From positions 38,750,001-38,814,000 of the forward strand of contig NC_042997.1 in assembly GCF_006345805.1 (NCBI RefSeq): a DNA stretch of 64,000 bases, given 5' to 3'. This document shows positions 52,117-64,000 of the stretch, piece by piece. The DNA comes from Octopus sinensis (Eukaryota). Under the pieces are notes generated by a model. That model did not search any database. It was given only the letters and a program-made list of their open reading frames with translations, and was not told the origin of the DNA. The position numbers were made by a program, and so were the translations under genes. Positions within the stretch are counted from its first letter, which is position 1. Every line of letters starts with the position of its first letter.

Positions 52117-52564
52117 TATTGTCAGCAATACCATTCCACAACCACTTTCTAAAACTCCAGTCTAAGCTTACAATTGCTGAGCAAGGAATGGTCATTCACA
52201 AGAAACTGTATTCCTTCACTTTCCTCTGCTGTTCACCGTCGTTCACAATAATTTATTCGTCATCTTATCGTTTTTATAACTTTATTTTGTCGTTATAATT
52301 GTTTCCTATTCCCTTATCTTTCAACCTTTATAACTATACTACCATTATCATTTTTAATTATTCTTATGCACTCAATTAAGGGCTATCTTTTCGTCTAGGC
52401 TTTCCAATATATTCAAAATAACAGCTTCTTAGTGCCATTTTTCACGTTAGTAGCAAGTTCGGCAACGTGAATCTTTAAATTACAAGTTATTACTATTAAA
52501 CAATTGATACACACACACACGCGTGCGCACACACTCACACACATATATATATAATATATATATA

Positions 52565-52771
52565 TATAACTAAAAATAAGGGTGTCTGAGAGACACCACC
52601 ATCCCGAAATAGCAGTCAAATTCCTGACTCTAAAAACCACGTTAAATGTTCATATCGCACCATGAGATAAGACAGGTGCGATATGAACATTTAACGTGGT
52701 TTTTAGAGTCAGGGATTTGACTGCTATTTCGGCATGGTGGTGTCTCTCAGATACCCTTATTTTTAGTTGTA
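52565..52771. repeat. Near-perfect hairpin (about 94-bp arms, 13-nt loop)
   Basis: 52568-52661 versus 52675-52768; loop atgagataagaca. Confidence 0.93.
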
Positions 52772-52944
52772 AAAAATTATTACCTTTGTATGGTATTTTT
52801 TCCCATGCTGGCCACTTGATAATATCGATATTATCCTTATTTATATATAATATATATTATATATATATATAGATATATATATATATTATTATAATATATA
52901 TATATAGATAGAATAATAGGAGAAAGTTCTTGGTACAGTATATT

Positions 52945-53094
52945 TGAAAGAATGAATGGAGATGGCTTTTTGATAACTTATAATTTATTCTTAATAATAA
53001 TGTTTACAGTGAGTAAACACTGTAAACATTCTTATTAAGATTAAAATAAAAAATTATCCCCCTCAAAAAAAAGCCATCTCTACTCATTCTTTCA
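52945..53094. repeat. Imperfect hairpin element next to (TA)n
   Basis: tgaaagaatgaatggagatggc / gccatctctactcattctttca; central stem aatgtttacagtg-agtaaa-cactgtaaacatt. Confidence 0.82.
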
Positions 53095-53098
53095 TATA

Positions 53099-53140
<42 letters not shown>

Positions 53141-53173
53141 AAGTTGAGTTGTGGGGTATCGCACGAGTGGGAT

Positions 53174-54031
53174 TATATAAGAAAAAAGGTTTGAAAATGC
53201 AATTTAAACGATGTTTATTTACTTAACCGGTTTCACTCTTGGTAAAAGATTGTCAAAAGTTACATTTAAGGAAACATTGAATAATATGGGTTCAAAAAAA
53301 GTTTTTTACATAATTGTCACATTGAATATTATGCATTCAAAAAAGTTTTACATAATTGTCACATTGGATATTATGAATTCAAAAATGTTTTTTATACATA
53401 ATTGTCACATTACATGTATAAATATAGTGTTTGGTAACAGAGAAGTTCAATCATTCATGCATAAAGGGGAAGTATACACCACATTGGCTACTTCTTCTGT
53501 TCTCTCAGTTCAGCCTTTCTGCTAATACCAACAGGTCAGTAAAAACATATTCTCGCCTTGTACTTAAAATATTCTGAGATGTATAAAAAATCCATTTTAA
53601 TTTTTGCTGTCAAAAGGCTGTATATATATACCAAAGATTGTATATATATACATGTAATGTGACAATTTGCGACAACCAATAATTAACGCAACCAATTCCC
53701 AATAATATATTTGTTTTATCCTTTTCTGCCAAATTTTCCCAAATATTCTCATCACACTATTGAACTTCTCTGTTACCAAACACTATATTTATACATGTAA
53801 TGTGACAATTATGTATAAAAAACATTTTTGAATTCATAATATCCAATGTGACAATTATGTAAAAAACTTTTTTGAATGCATAATATTCAATGTGACAATT
53901 ATGTAAAAAACTTTTTTTGAACCCATATTATTCAATGTTTCCTTAAATGTAACTTTTGACAATCTTTTACCAAAGAGTGAAACCGGTTAAGTAAATAAAC
54001 ATCGTTTAAATTGCATTTTCAAACCTTTTTT

Positions 54032-54039
<8 letters not shown>
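53174..54039. mobile_element. Foldback element with about 278-bp arms containing about 43-bp subrepeats
   Basis: 53174-53451 versus 53759-54039; 307-bp spacer; ends in TATATA. Confidence 0.9.
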
Positions 54040-54092
<53 letters not shown>

Positions 54093-54186
54093 TTTTGTCA
54101 CAATATATAGATTCAAGTAATCCGGTAATACTAATAAAAAAACGCTCCTTAATGTATCATATGGTACAAACTATATAGGATATGTA

Positions 54187-54220
54187 CTAGCTGAAATACC
54201 CGGTAATACCCGAGAGCGGG
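54187..54220 (-). mobile_element. Probable Helitron 3' terminus
   Basis: Minus strand CTCGGGTATTACCGGG hairpin, 9 nt, then CTAG|T; the 5' end was not located. Confidence 0.45.
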
Positions 54221-54686
54221 GCTATTCCCAGTACCCATTACAATGCCTAATTTCTCTCAGACGGAAAATGAAATCCAGACATAAAACAGATAATAGAAGG
54301 CGTAAGCAAATTCATTCACGAAACAATAATACAAACAAATACGCGTGGAACCGGAAAATGACAATCGTTTGGTTAGATGAGGGGAAAGCTGCAAATATAT
54401 AATCAATGGGAACATCAAGAAGGAAATTGTAAAGGAGTGCTATGAAAAAACCCATAAAAGTTTGAAAAGTAACCAAAATGACATTTAAGGAAAAGGCATT
54501 TAATTTGACGACTGTTTCATGGGTTTAGTTTCACTAATCGTGAGAATCAAATATCGAATGCAACGGTTAGAACCGAGAATTGTATGTGCAGGTGTTAAGA
54601 AAATACATATTAAATACATGTTAATCAGTTAATCAAAAATTATCTTATGCTTTGCTTGAGTGGCTTAAGTAAAGATATGTGTATAT

Positions 54687-55014
54687 TTTTTTTAAGACTC
54701 CGCCGGTTACGACGACGAGGGTCCCAGCTGATACGATCAACGGAACAGCTTGCTCGTGAAATTAACGTGCAAATGGCTGAGCATTCCACAGACACGTGTA
54801 CCCTTAACGTAGTTCTCGGGGATAATCAGCGTGACACAGAGAGTGACAAGGCTGACCCTTTGAAATACAAGTACAACTCATTTTTGCCAGCTGAGTGGAC
54901 TGGAGCAACGTGAAATAAAGTGTCTTGCTCAAGGACACAACGCGTCGCCGGGAATCGAACTCACAGCCTTACGATCATGAGCCGAATGCCCTAACCACTA
55001 AGCCACGCGCCCTC
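54687..55014 (-). mobile_element. tRNA-derived SINE family E with 16-bp TSD
   Basis: aaagatatgtgtatat at 54671-54686 and 55015-55030; tRNA head gggcgcgtggcttagtggttaggg..gagttcgattccc; 3' half shared with family C. Confidence 0.93.
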
Positions 55015-55089
55015 AAAGATATGTGTATATAGTCAAGAGCAAAAGATAAGGAGTGAATAGAAAATGCTTGAGAAATAAAATACATTTAT

Positions 55090-55770
55090 TTAAAACCTGA
55101 AACGCTGGGGAATTCTATCAACGGAGCTAGAGTTGTTGGTTAATATAAGATCCAAGATCGTTTTATTCTGTCTTGTTGGTTCGAGCACTAGCTGAGTCAA
55201 GAAGAATCTATCTATTAGATTAAAGAGTAATTCTGCTGCTGCTCTATCTGATGTAGAGCATTTGTCTAACTTCAGAGTATTTGTGGGCCAGTTTATATGA
55301 AGGAAGTTAAAATCACCCATCACTAGTATGTTTCCGGAGTTGTATATTTGAAGGAAGGACTTGATTTTGTTGAGGCACTCTTCAAGGCACTTTAGAGGTG
55401 CTTGGGGAGGCCTGTAAAGACCAACAATGATTATGGCTTTGGCCTTGTTGAATAGTAATATACATTCACAATAGCCATTGGAAAATATGCCCTTGGCATC
55501 AACTGAAAAGGAGTCATGGAGAAAGATGACTGTTCCCACTTTATTTCGGTCTGAGCGATCTGCACGGACGATGGTGAAATCTTTTTTCATCTTTTTTCAT
55601 CCATATGTGTGCTGTTTAGGTGAGTTTCAGTAAGGATAAAGAAAGGGAAGCAATGCGCCGTTTCGGCCAACTCTCTATAAATGGGATCTTCCAGTTTTGG
55701 GCAATGAGTAATGGGTTGATGCCACGTACATTTAACAGGAATGTGGGGGTAAGGGTAGTTTGATGTTTGC
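55090..55770 (-). pseudogene. LINE ORF2 AP-endonuclease domain (CR1-group), frameshifted and 3'-truncated
   Basis: LLNVRGIN, FILTETHL, IVGLYRPP, VMGDFN, LTQLVLEPTR..ILDLILTN. Confidence 0.9.
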
Positions 55771-55949
55771 ATTGTTCTAAGTTGTTTTATGTTGTTCAGA
55801 GGTAGCAATGAGGGTAGTTTTGTTTGGAGCTGTCTGTTTATGGTTTTCTAGTTGGTGGTGGGTGGGTGTTCCTTGTGTTTTGCATAAATGGTTGTTGATA
55901 GCTCACTGGATCTCCTGACTCAGGTCGGCCTACATATTTTCTAGCTAAA

Positions 55950-56973
55950 TTAGTAAAAAAGAGTTGCCTCTTTGGTTTGCCACTTTTCAGAGGATACATA
56001 GTTCATGTTTATGTTATTTGGTGTTATGGTTTTTCCATAGTTCTGTCTTCTTTGTTTGGTTGTAGAAGGTAAAATGTGGTTGTATTTTGTTGTCGTAGGT
56101 CTCCTCTGTTGCTGTTTATATTTATTTTTCGATCGTTTTGTGCCCTTCAGACGGTGGCGCTTGCATTCTGGGTTCAAGTACATCCTTAGTGACACAGAGG
56201 TTTGGCACAGTTTAGGATGAAAGAAGGTGCATTCATTGCCTTTTGTACATCCATATTTAGGATCAGGACCCTTGACCCTGTATTTAGGAGAGTATTTGGG
56301 GTGGAGGTGAGAGCAGTTTTTTCCTGTTATACCATATGGACAGGGGTCCTTTAAAAGTCTACGGCATAAGGTAGGATGGAAAAAAGCACTGCGTCCATTG
56401 TTGTTAGTGCCACTGGGGCCAAATCTACAGTTACCTTGAGAATAGTAACGACAGGGATTTTTATTTGGGCATAGTAGAGGTTTTTCTATACCGGCAGGCT
56501 CATTGGTCAGTGGTCCTATTGCAGTAGCAGACTGTTGTTGTTGTTGATGCTGCTGTAGCGGCAGTAAAACTTGACTTGCAACAGTAGGGCTGGGTGGAAT
56601 TGGGTCAGATAGTGGTGCCAAACAAGGCGCTTCCAATGTAGTAGCAGTAGCAGGCTGTTGTTGTGATAGTGAGTCCTAGCTTGCCACGATAGTGTCAGGT
56701 GGAATTAGGTCAGATAGAGATATCAATGAGGATGTTGTTTGTTGCTGGTTAGCGGGTCGTTGAAGTGACCCCTGAGCTGTTGGCGTTGGGTCAGTTGGTG
56801 CATTACATCCTGATCTGTTTTACAAATTTGTAAAAGCATTGTGACGCTAATTTTTCAGCGATTTTACCGTAGACATTAGCTTTTACACAATCGTCATGGT
56901 GAGTGTACCAAGCGTTTATCAGTGCACTGATTTCGTTTTCTACCCAGTGGCGTTTTGGAATATTATTGGCCAT
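55950..56973 (-). pseudogene. LINE ORF1 remnant: Myb/SANT-like N-terminus, Pro/Gln/Thr repeats, tandem CCCH-type zinc fingers
   Basis: CRRLLKDPCPYGITGKNCSHLH, CTKGNECTFFH and two degenerate fingers. Upstream is HWVENEISALINAWY..NVYGKIAEKLA..KQIRM*CTN. It lies directly upstream of the endonuclease on the same strand. Confidence 0.7.
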
Positions 56974-57896
56974 ATTCAGTGGGACAGTATCATGCACTGT
57001 ACGTCAGTTATTGATGACTTGATGTATAATAGTGAATACACCGTTGAAAAGTTTGTGTCGATATATTCGGAAATGCGTGACTATATCTGGGTGTGTATGA
57101 GAGAGTTCAGTGTCTTTAGTACAAGTCAAAATGAGCGGTGTGTTTAATACAAATCAAGAGGAAAGAATTGTACTCACAGGACTAGTTTTAGAACTAATCT
57201 TGGGTTTAGTTTTGGTTTATATTTGTTTCTTCAAGTTGTATATAAATTTGTGTAAATTTATCCTCCGATGATAGTAAAATATTAGGATAGTAGAATTCAA
57301 GAGTTTCGGGACTAAAAACAAGGAAAGTTACTGCTATAGCCATGATTGATCGCTAGCCACTAGACCTTTTTTATTTTCTCTCTCTGCTTATTTCTGTGTT
57401 CCTTTCTGTTCGTAAAAGACTTTCTCAATTCTCGAGCGTTAAACTACTACATCTGTTTGTTGCTTACACACCCATCTTCGTCTCTTGCTTTGTTTTTTGT
57501 AAATTCCAACTATATATATATATATATATATATATAAATTAATAAATAAATAAAACATATGCATATATACATACATATATGTACGTACCTACATCTACAT
57601 GTATATATACATGCATATATGGGTACAGGACACCAAAAAAACGTCGAACACAATGAGAAACGAAAACATAAACACAAAAGCAAGGAAATGGACACTTTTC
57701 TTAAACAACGAAAAAATAGAGTAAAGGACAAACAAAACAAGGAAAATTCCCCTTCTTCAGTCGCCTTTGTTTCATCTACTCCACGTTTCGAAGGTCACAT
57801 GCATACATACATACATACATACATACATACATACATACATACAACATATATACATACATACATACATATATATGTATGTATGTATGTATGTATATA

Positions 57897-58051
57897 GGCG
57901 TGGCTTCCCAACCACATGGTTCTGGGTTCAGTCTTACTGCGTGGCACATTGGGCAAGTGTTTTCTACTCTAGCCTCGAACCGACCAAAGCCTTGTGAATG
58001 GATTTGGTACATGAAAACTGAAAGAAGCCCGTCGTATATATATATATACAG

Positions 58052-58084
<33 letters not shown>

Positions 58085-58342
58085 ATGTATGTATGTATGT
58101 ATGTATGTATGTATGTATGTATGTATGTATATGATTGTGTGTTTGTGTTTGTCCCTCTCCATTGCTTGACAACCGATGTTGTTCTGTTTACGTCCACGTA
58201 ATCTAGTGGTTCGGCAAAAGTGATCAACAGAATAAGTACTAGGCTTACAAAGAATGAATCCTGGTGACGATTTGTTCAACTAAAGGCGGTGCTCCAGTAT
58301 GGCCGCACTCAAATGACTGAAACAAGTAAAAGAATAAAAGAA
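57897..58342 (+). mobile_element. SINE family A (small 5' deletion, expanded internal TATG)
   Basis: Direct match. Confidence 0.9.
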
Positions 58343-58964
58343 TATATATATGTATGCATGTATGTATGTATTTATGTATATATATGATTTAAAACTATAT
58401 TATATACATGTGTGTGTATGCGCGCGTGTGTGTGTGTGTGCGTGTGTGTGTGTGGCAAAATATTTACCACACGCATTCATTATTATCAACATATTTACTC
58501 TTTAGTTTCGCCAACCCCTGCTGGATGTGTGCGAGTATGTGTATGTATACGTGCTTATTAATATGTGCATGCATATGTGTATATTAATATGTGTATGTGT
58601 GTGTTTATGTGTACTCGTAAGCGTGTGAAACTATGCTAAAACAAGTGTCAGGCAGGAAAATAGCGGAGTGTAGAATTTTAGTTATTCTCTCAATTTCCTA
58701 AGAAATTGCATAACATTGTTCACCGTCGACATCAACAACAACAACAATAGTATTTACAGTAAAAGATTAAAGAGACAAACAGCTGTATGTAGCTTTATAG
58801 CATTTCAGTATATTTTCTTTTGTATTCTCTTAGTCCCCTGCATTTCTGTCTGTGTTACAAGATTTCCTTCTTTTTTCGTTTTTTTTCTTTCTGTAATTTT
58901 TTCCTTTGTGTACTTTTTATTCATGTGAACATCTTACTGATGAACTATTTAACTGTGTCTATGT

Positions 58965-59434
58965 AAGGCGGCGAGCTGGCAGAATCGTTAGCACGCCGGG
59001 CGAAATGCTTAGCAGTATTTCGTCTGTCGTTACGTTCTGAGTTCGAATTCCGCCGAGGTCGACGTTACCTTTCATCCTTTCGGGGTCGATAAATTAAGTA
59101 CCAGTTACGCACTGGGGTCGATGTAATCGACTTAATCCCATTGTCTGTCCTTGTTTGTCCCCTCTATGTTTAGCCCCTTGTGGGTAGTAAAGAAATATAT
59201 TTAACTGTGTCTATGTCAGGCGGCGAGCTGGCAGAATCGTTAGCACGCCGGGCGAAATGCTTAGCAGTATTTCGTCTGTCTTTACATTCTGAGTTCAAAT
59301 TTCGCCGAGGTCGACGTTACCTTTCATCCTTTCTGGGTCGATAAATTAAGTACCAGTTGCGTACTGGGGTCGATCTAATCGACTGCCTCCCCCCCTTCCC
59401 CCAAATTTCAGGTCTTGTGCCTACAGCAGAAAGA
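58965..59434 (+). mobile_element. Two SINE-B copies (tail 1, then tail 2) bracketed by three copies of an 18-bp target sequence
   Basis: atttaactgtgtctatgt at 58947, 59199 and 59435. Confidence 0.94.
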
Positions 59435-59470
59435 ATTTAACTGTGTCTATGTATTTATACTTTTTACCGT

Positions 59471-59845
59471 GGAGGTACAATGGTCCAGTGGTTTGGGCAA
59501 CGGACTCGCGGTCATAGGATCGCGGTTTCGATTCCCAGACTGGGCATTGTGAGTGTTTATTGAGCGAAACACTTAAGGTCCCACATGGCTCCGGCAGGGG
59601 GTGGTGAACCCTGCTGTACCTTTTACCCACAACTTTCTTTCATTCTTTCTTCCTGTTTCTGTTGTACCTGTATTTCAAAGGGCCAGCCTTGTCACACTGT
59701 ATCACGCTGAATCTCCCCGAGAACTACGTTAAGGGTACACGTCTCTGTGGAGTGCTCAGCCACTTGTACGTTAATTTCACAAGCAGGCCGTTCCATTGTT
59801 TGGATCAACTGAAATCCTCGTCGTCGTAACTGACGGAGTGCCGTA
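59471..59845 (+). mobile_element. SINE family C, full length
   Basis: Matches 41090-41470; approximate TSD tat(a/g)ctttttacc. Confidence 0.92.
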
Positions 59846-60140
59846 GTATGCTTTTTACCTCTTTTATCTCTCTGGCTCTATATCTGTCTGTTTCTGCTTC
59901 ACTTAACATGGTTCTACTTTCTCACTTCTCTTAGAATAAATCTAATTGTTCATGAAACATAAATATTTCTTATAGATGACATGTTGCAAATTTCTAAAAA
60001 CATTTCTGTGTGAATGCTACCCTGCATTTTCTGGTTATATACTCAATTAAATATGTGGTCTCCTAAGGCATTGCTTTTTTTTTTTTACATATCTATTTCC
60101 TTCCACGTAGCTTATCTTAGAAAATTCTTATGAATCTTGG

Positions 60141-60390
60141 CACAGAAGTGGCAGTGTGGAAAGAAGCTTGCTTCATTTGTGTGTGTCTGTGTCTGTCCCC
60201 ATTCCATCACGTTGACAACTGATGTCGGTGTATTTACGTCCACGTAACATAGCGGTTCGGCCACAGAGCCCGATAGAATATTACTAGGCTTACAAAGAAT
60301 AAGCTCTGGGGTCGATTTGTTCGACTAAAGGCGGTGCTCCAGCGTGGCTGCAGCCAAATAATGAAAACAAGTAAAAGAATAAAAGAATAT
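60141..60390 (+). mobile_element. Internally deleted SINE-A
   Basis: Head joined directly to the TG tract and 3' half. Confidence 0.82.
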
Positions 60391-60458
60391 ATTTAAAATC
60401 TTGAAGCCTTGTCACTTTTACACTGTTTTATCAACCCAAAACTTCCTACTTCTAAATA

Positions 60459-61136
60459 TTGTATACACCCGACTATTTCGGGTGTTATGCTTCAATTTCC
60501 CGCGCGAAAGGTGACAATCTGCGAAGGAGAAAATGTATTTTCTTTCTTATGGCGGCGAGCTGGCAGAATCGTTAGCACACCGGGCGAAATGCTCAGCAGT
60601 ATTTCGCCTACTGCTACGTTCTGAGTTCAAATTCCGCCGAGATCGACTTTACCTTTCATCCTTTCGGGCTCGATAAATCAAGTACCAGTTACGCACTGGG
60701 ATCGATATAATCGACTTAATCCGTTTGTCTGTCCTTGTTTGTCCTCTCTGTGTTTAGCCCCTTGTGGGTAGTAAAGGAATAAGTATTTCGTCTGCCGTTA
60801 CGTTCTGAGTTCAAATTCCGCCGAGGTCGACTTTGCCTTTCATCCTTTCGGGGTCGATAAATTAAGTACCAGTTACGCACTGGGGTAGATGTAATCGACT
60901 TAATCCGTTTGTCTGTCCTTGTGTGTAGCGCCTTGTGGGCAATAAAGAAATAAGAAACTGTATTTTTTTTTATTATTTTTATAATTTGTATATATTTATC
61001 TTATTATTAATGCCAAAGAACACCACAGAGGAATTGACGTAAGCTTAAATAATAAACCGCGATAGGGGAACCGCGATAGGGGAACCGCGATAGGGGAACC
61101 GCGATAGGGGAACCGCGATATGGCGAGGGATTGCTG
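60459..61136. mobile_element. Second pogo/Tigger-like MITE copy (inverted relative to 43059), interrupted by a SINE-B dimer
   Basis: The left part resembles the reverse complement of 43470-43540; right TIR ccgcgatatggcgagggattgctg|TA. Confidence 0.75.
60551..60954 (+). mobile_element. SINE-B head-to-tail dimer
   Basis: Unit 2 starts at gtatttcgtctgccg (60783). Confidence 0.92.
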
Positions 61137-61189
61137 TATTATGAAATAATTTACTATTCGACGGTTGGGGCTAAAACCTTTATTTATAT

Positions 61190-61618
61190 ACTCTCTCTTT
61201 TACTCTTTTACTCTTTTACTTGTTTCAGTCATTTGACTGCGGCCATGCTGGAGCACCGCCTTTCATCGAGCAACTCGACCCCGGGACTTATTCTTTGTAA
61301 GCCCAGTACTTATTCTATCGGTCTCTTTTTGCCGAACCGCTAAGTAACGGGGACATAAACACACCAGCATCGGTCGTCAAGCAATGCTAGGGGGACAAAC
61401 ACAAACATACACGCACACACATATCTACATATATATACATATATACGACAGGCTTCTTTCAGTTTCCGTCTACCAAATCCACTCACAAGGCATTGGTCGG
61501 CCCGAGGCTATAGTAGAAGACACTTGCCCAAGGTGCCATGCAGTGGGACTGAACCCGGAACCATGTGGTTGGTAAACAAGCTACTTACCACACAGCCACT
61601 TACCACACAGCCACTCCT
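61190..61618 (-). mobile_element. SINE family A
   Basis: Reverse-complement match; short internal tandem duplication of cttaccacacagcca near its 5' end. Confidence 0.93.
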
Positions 61619-62164
61619 ATATTCATTAATGCATTCATTCCTTCATAACTGATAAACAAAAGGTACACTGAAAGTAATAAAGTAACTAAATTCAATATAC
61701 AAAGTCGGTCATTTAATCCAAGCTATTCATTTGCGCTCAGTATTCCACGCTCATAATGGTTAGACAATAGGGTAAGATGCAGATTACCATAACAACAGAA
61801 CTGTATGATTAATAAGTGTTTCGCAAGATGAATTTATTGAAATACTATGTGCGCCTTTATTATAGTCCTTATCGGAAAGCTTATAATAATCTCCATTTAT
61901 CTAATTCGTGTATTGGTATGATGATAACGCTGATACTATAGTTAAAATCACGTTAAAGGTTTCGAGTACATGTCTCCTATAAAATCAACCTAAATAATTG
62001 AGTAACAATATCATAAAATATATATTCCGACAGAGTTTTAAAAGAGTTGAAAATTACTAGTCTATAAAAATTGTGAGTTAATAAAAAAAATTTTCATTTC
62101 CGTTCAGTTCGTCGGCACTAATCTTTTATCTGTTTCGTTTTGACCTACTCTTATTTCAAATTTA

Positions 62165-62294
<130 letters not shown>

Positions 62295-62743
62295 CGCTCG
62301 CTCGTTCGCTCTCCCTGACTTTCTGTTAATGATTATAATCTTATTTAATAATCATGATTAATGTAGCAGTAATAGAATGAGATTACTGCGCATTCACTCC
62401 TAAATTTTCATAGTCGCTTTTTTGCAAGATAACAACGACGGCATAGCCAAATATATGAGTGCGTGCGGGTGTATGTGTGTGTGTGCGTTTATGTTGTGTG
62501 TGTGTGTGCAGTTAGATAGATTGTTGCTAAATATATAGATAAGTTTCTTTATTGGCCACACAGGGCTGCACACAGATGGGACAAGTTACAAGGTAGAGCT
62601 TTTCTTTTGGGGGATGAAAAAAACAAAAAACAAAAGAAACAAAAAAAAATGGGGTGGCGTAGGTTTTCGATCAAGAGGGATCGTAAAAGGGAAGAAAAAA
62701 AAAGAAAAAAAAAGAAAAAGAAAAAAAGGAAAAGGAAAATGGA

Positions 62744-63702
<959 letters not shown>

Positions 63703-63710
<8 letters not shown>

Positions 63711-64000
63711 CACAGAAAACACGAATGGAACAATAACACCCACAATGAAGGTTTATTTTTCAACATAGTCCCCATTGCGGTCCATGCACTTCTTCCATCG
63801 GTGTTGCAGTGCTTAGATCTCAACAGTGAAGAGGCTTTCATCCAGTTAGTCAAAAACAAGTCATCAACAGCAGATCTGACGTCATCATCACTGCGATACA
63901 GGTTACGAGCCAAGTGTTTTTTCATGCTGAGGAACAGATGATAATCAGATAGGGCCAGATCAGAACTGGGAGGATGACCAACCAATTCAAAACTACACTC
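63703..64000 (-). mobile_element. Mariner transposase C-terminus (pseudogene, runs off window)
   Basis: HPPSSDLALSDYHLFLSMKKHL..YRSDDDVRSAVDD, then frameshifted KCMDRNGDYVEK* (stop at 63753-63755). Confidence 0.88.

Noticed and set aside
53290-53415. CRISPR-like array (also the 14-bp repeats at 61055)
   Set aside because: The repeats are contiguous with no unique spacers, there are no cas genes, and the context is eukaryotic.

Overview
This is AT-rich, microsatellite-saturated eukaryotic DNA. The tRNA-derived SINE families and repeat density point to an octopod cephalopod (Octopus-like); this is an inference from repeat content, not a database match. I recognise no host protein-coding exon, rRNA, true tRNA gene or CRISPR array, so the window looks like intergenic or large-intron sequence built almost entirely from transposable elements. 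It holds about 35 SINE copies from at least 5 modular families, several with clean 11-18 bp target-site duplications (TSDs). There are three non-autonomous Helitrons and two decayed Helitron PIF1-helicase remnants, plus mariner, pogo/Tigger-like, hAT and Chapaev3-like DNA-transposon relics. Retroelement pieces include four Penelope-like element (PLE) fragments, two REL-endonuclease LINE 3' ends and the 5' half of a CR1-type LINE. Most interesting: (1) four minimal type-I hammerhead-ribozyme-like motifs, all degenerate, one inside a tRNA-headed SINE and one between 55-bp inverted repeats; (2) six non-coding foldback elements, five embedded in (TA)n; (3) a LINE ORF1 that appears to join a Myb/SANT (trihelix-like) domain to CCCH zinc fingers; (4) several nested insertions whose empty site is preserved in the opposite arm of an inverted repeat. 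All family assignments come from reading motifs by eye, and boundaries are approximate unless a TSD or terminal inverted repeat (TIR) is quoted.
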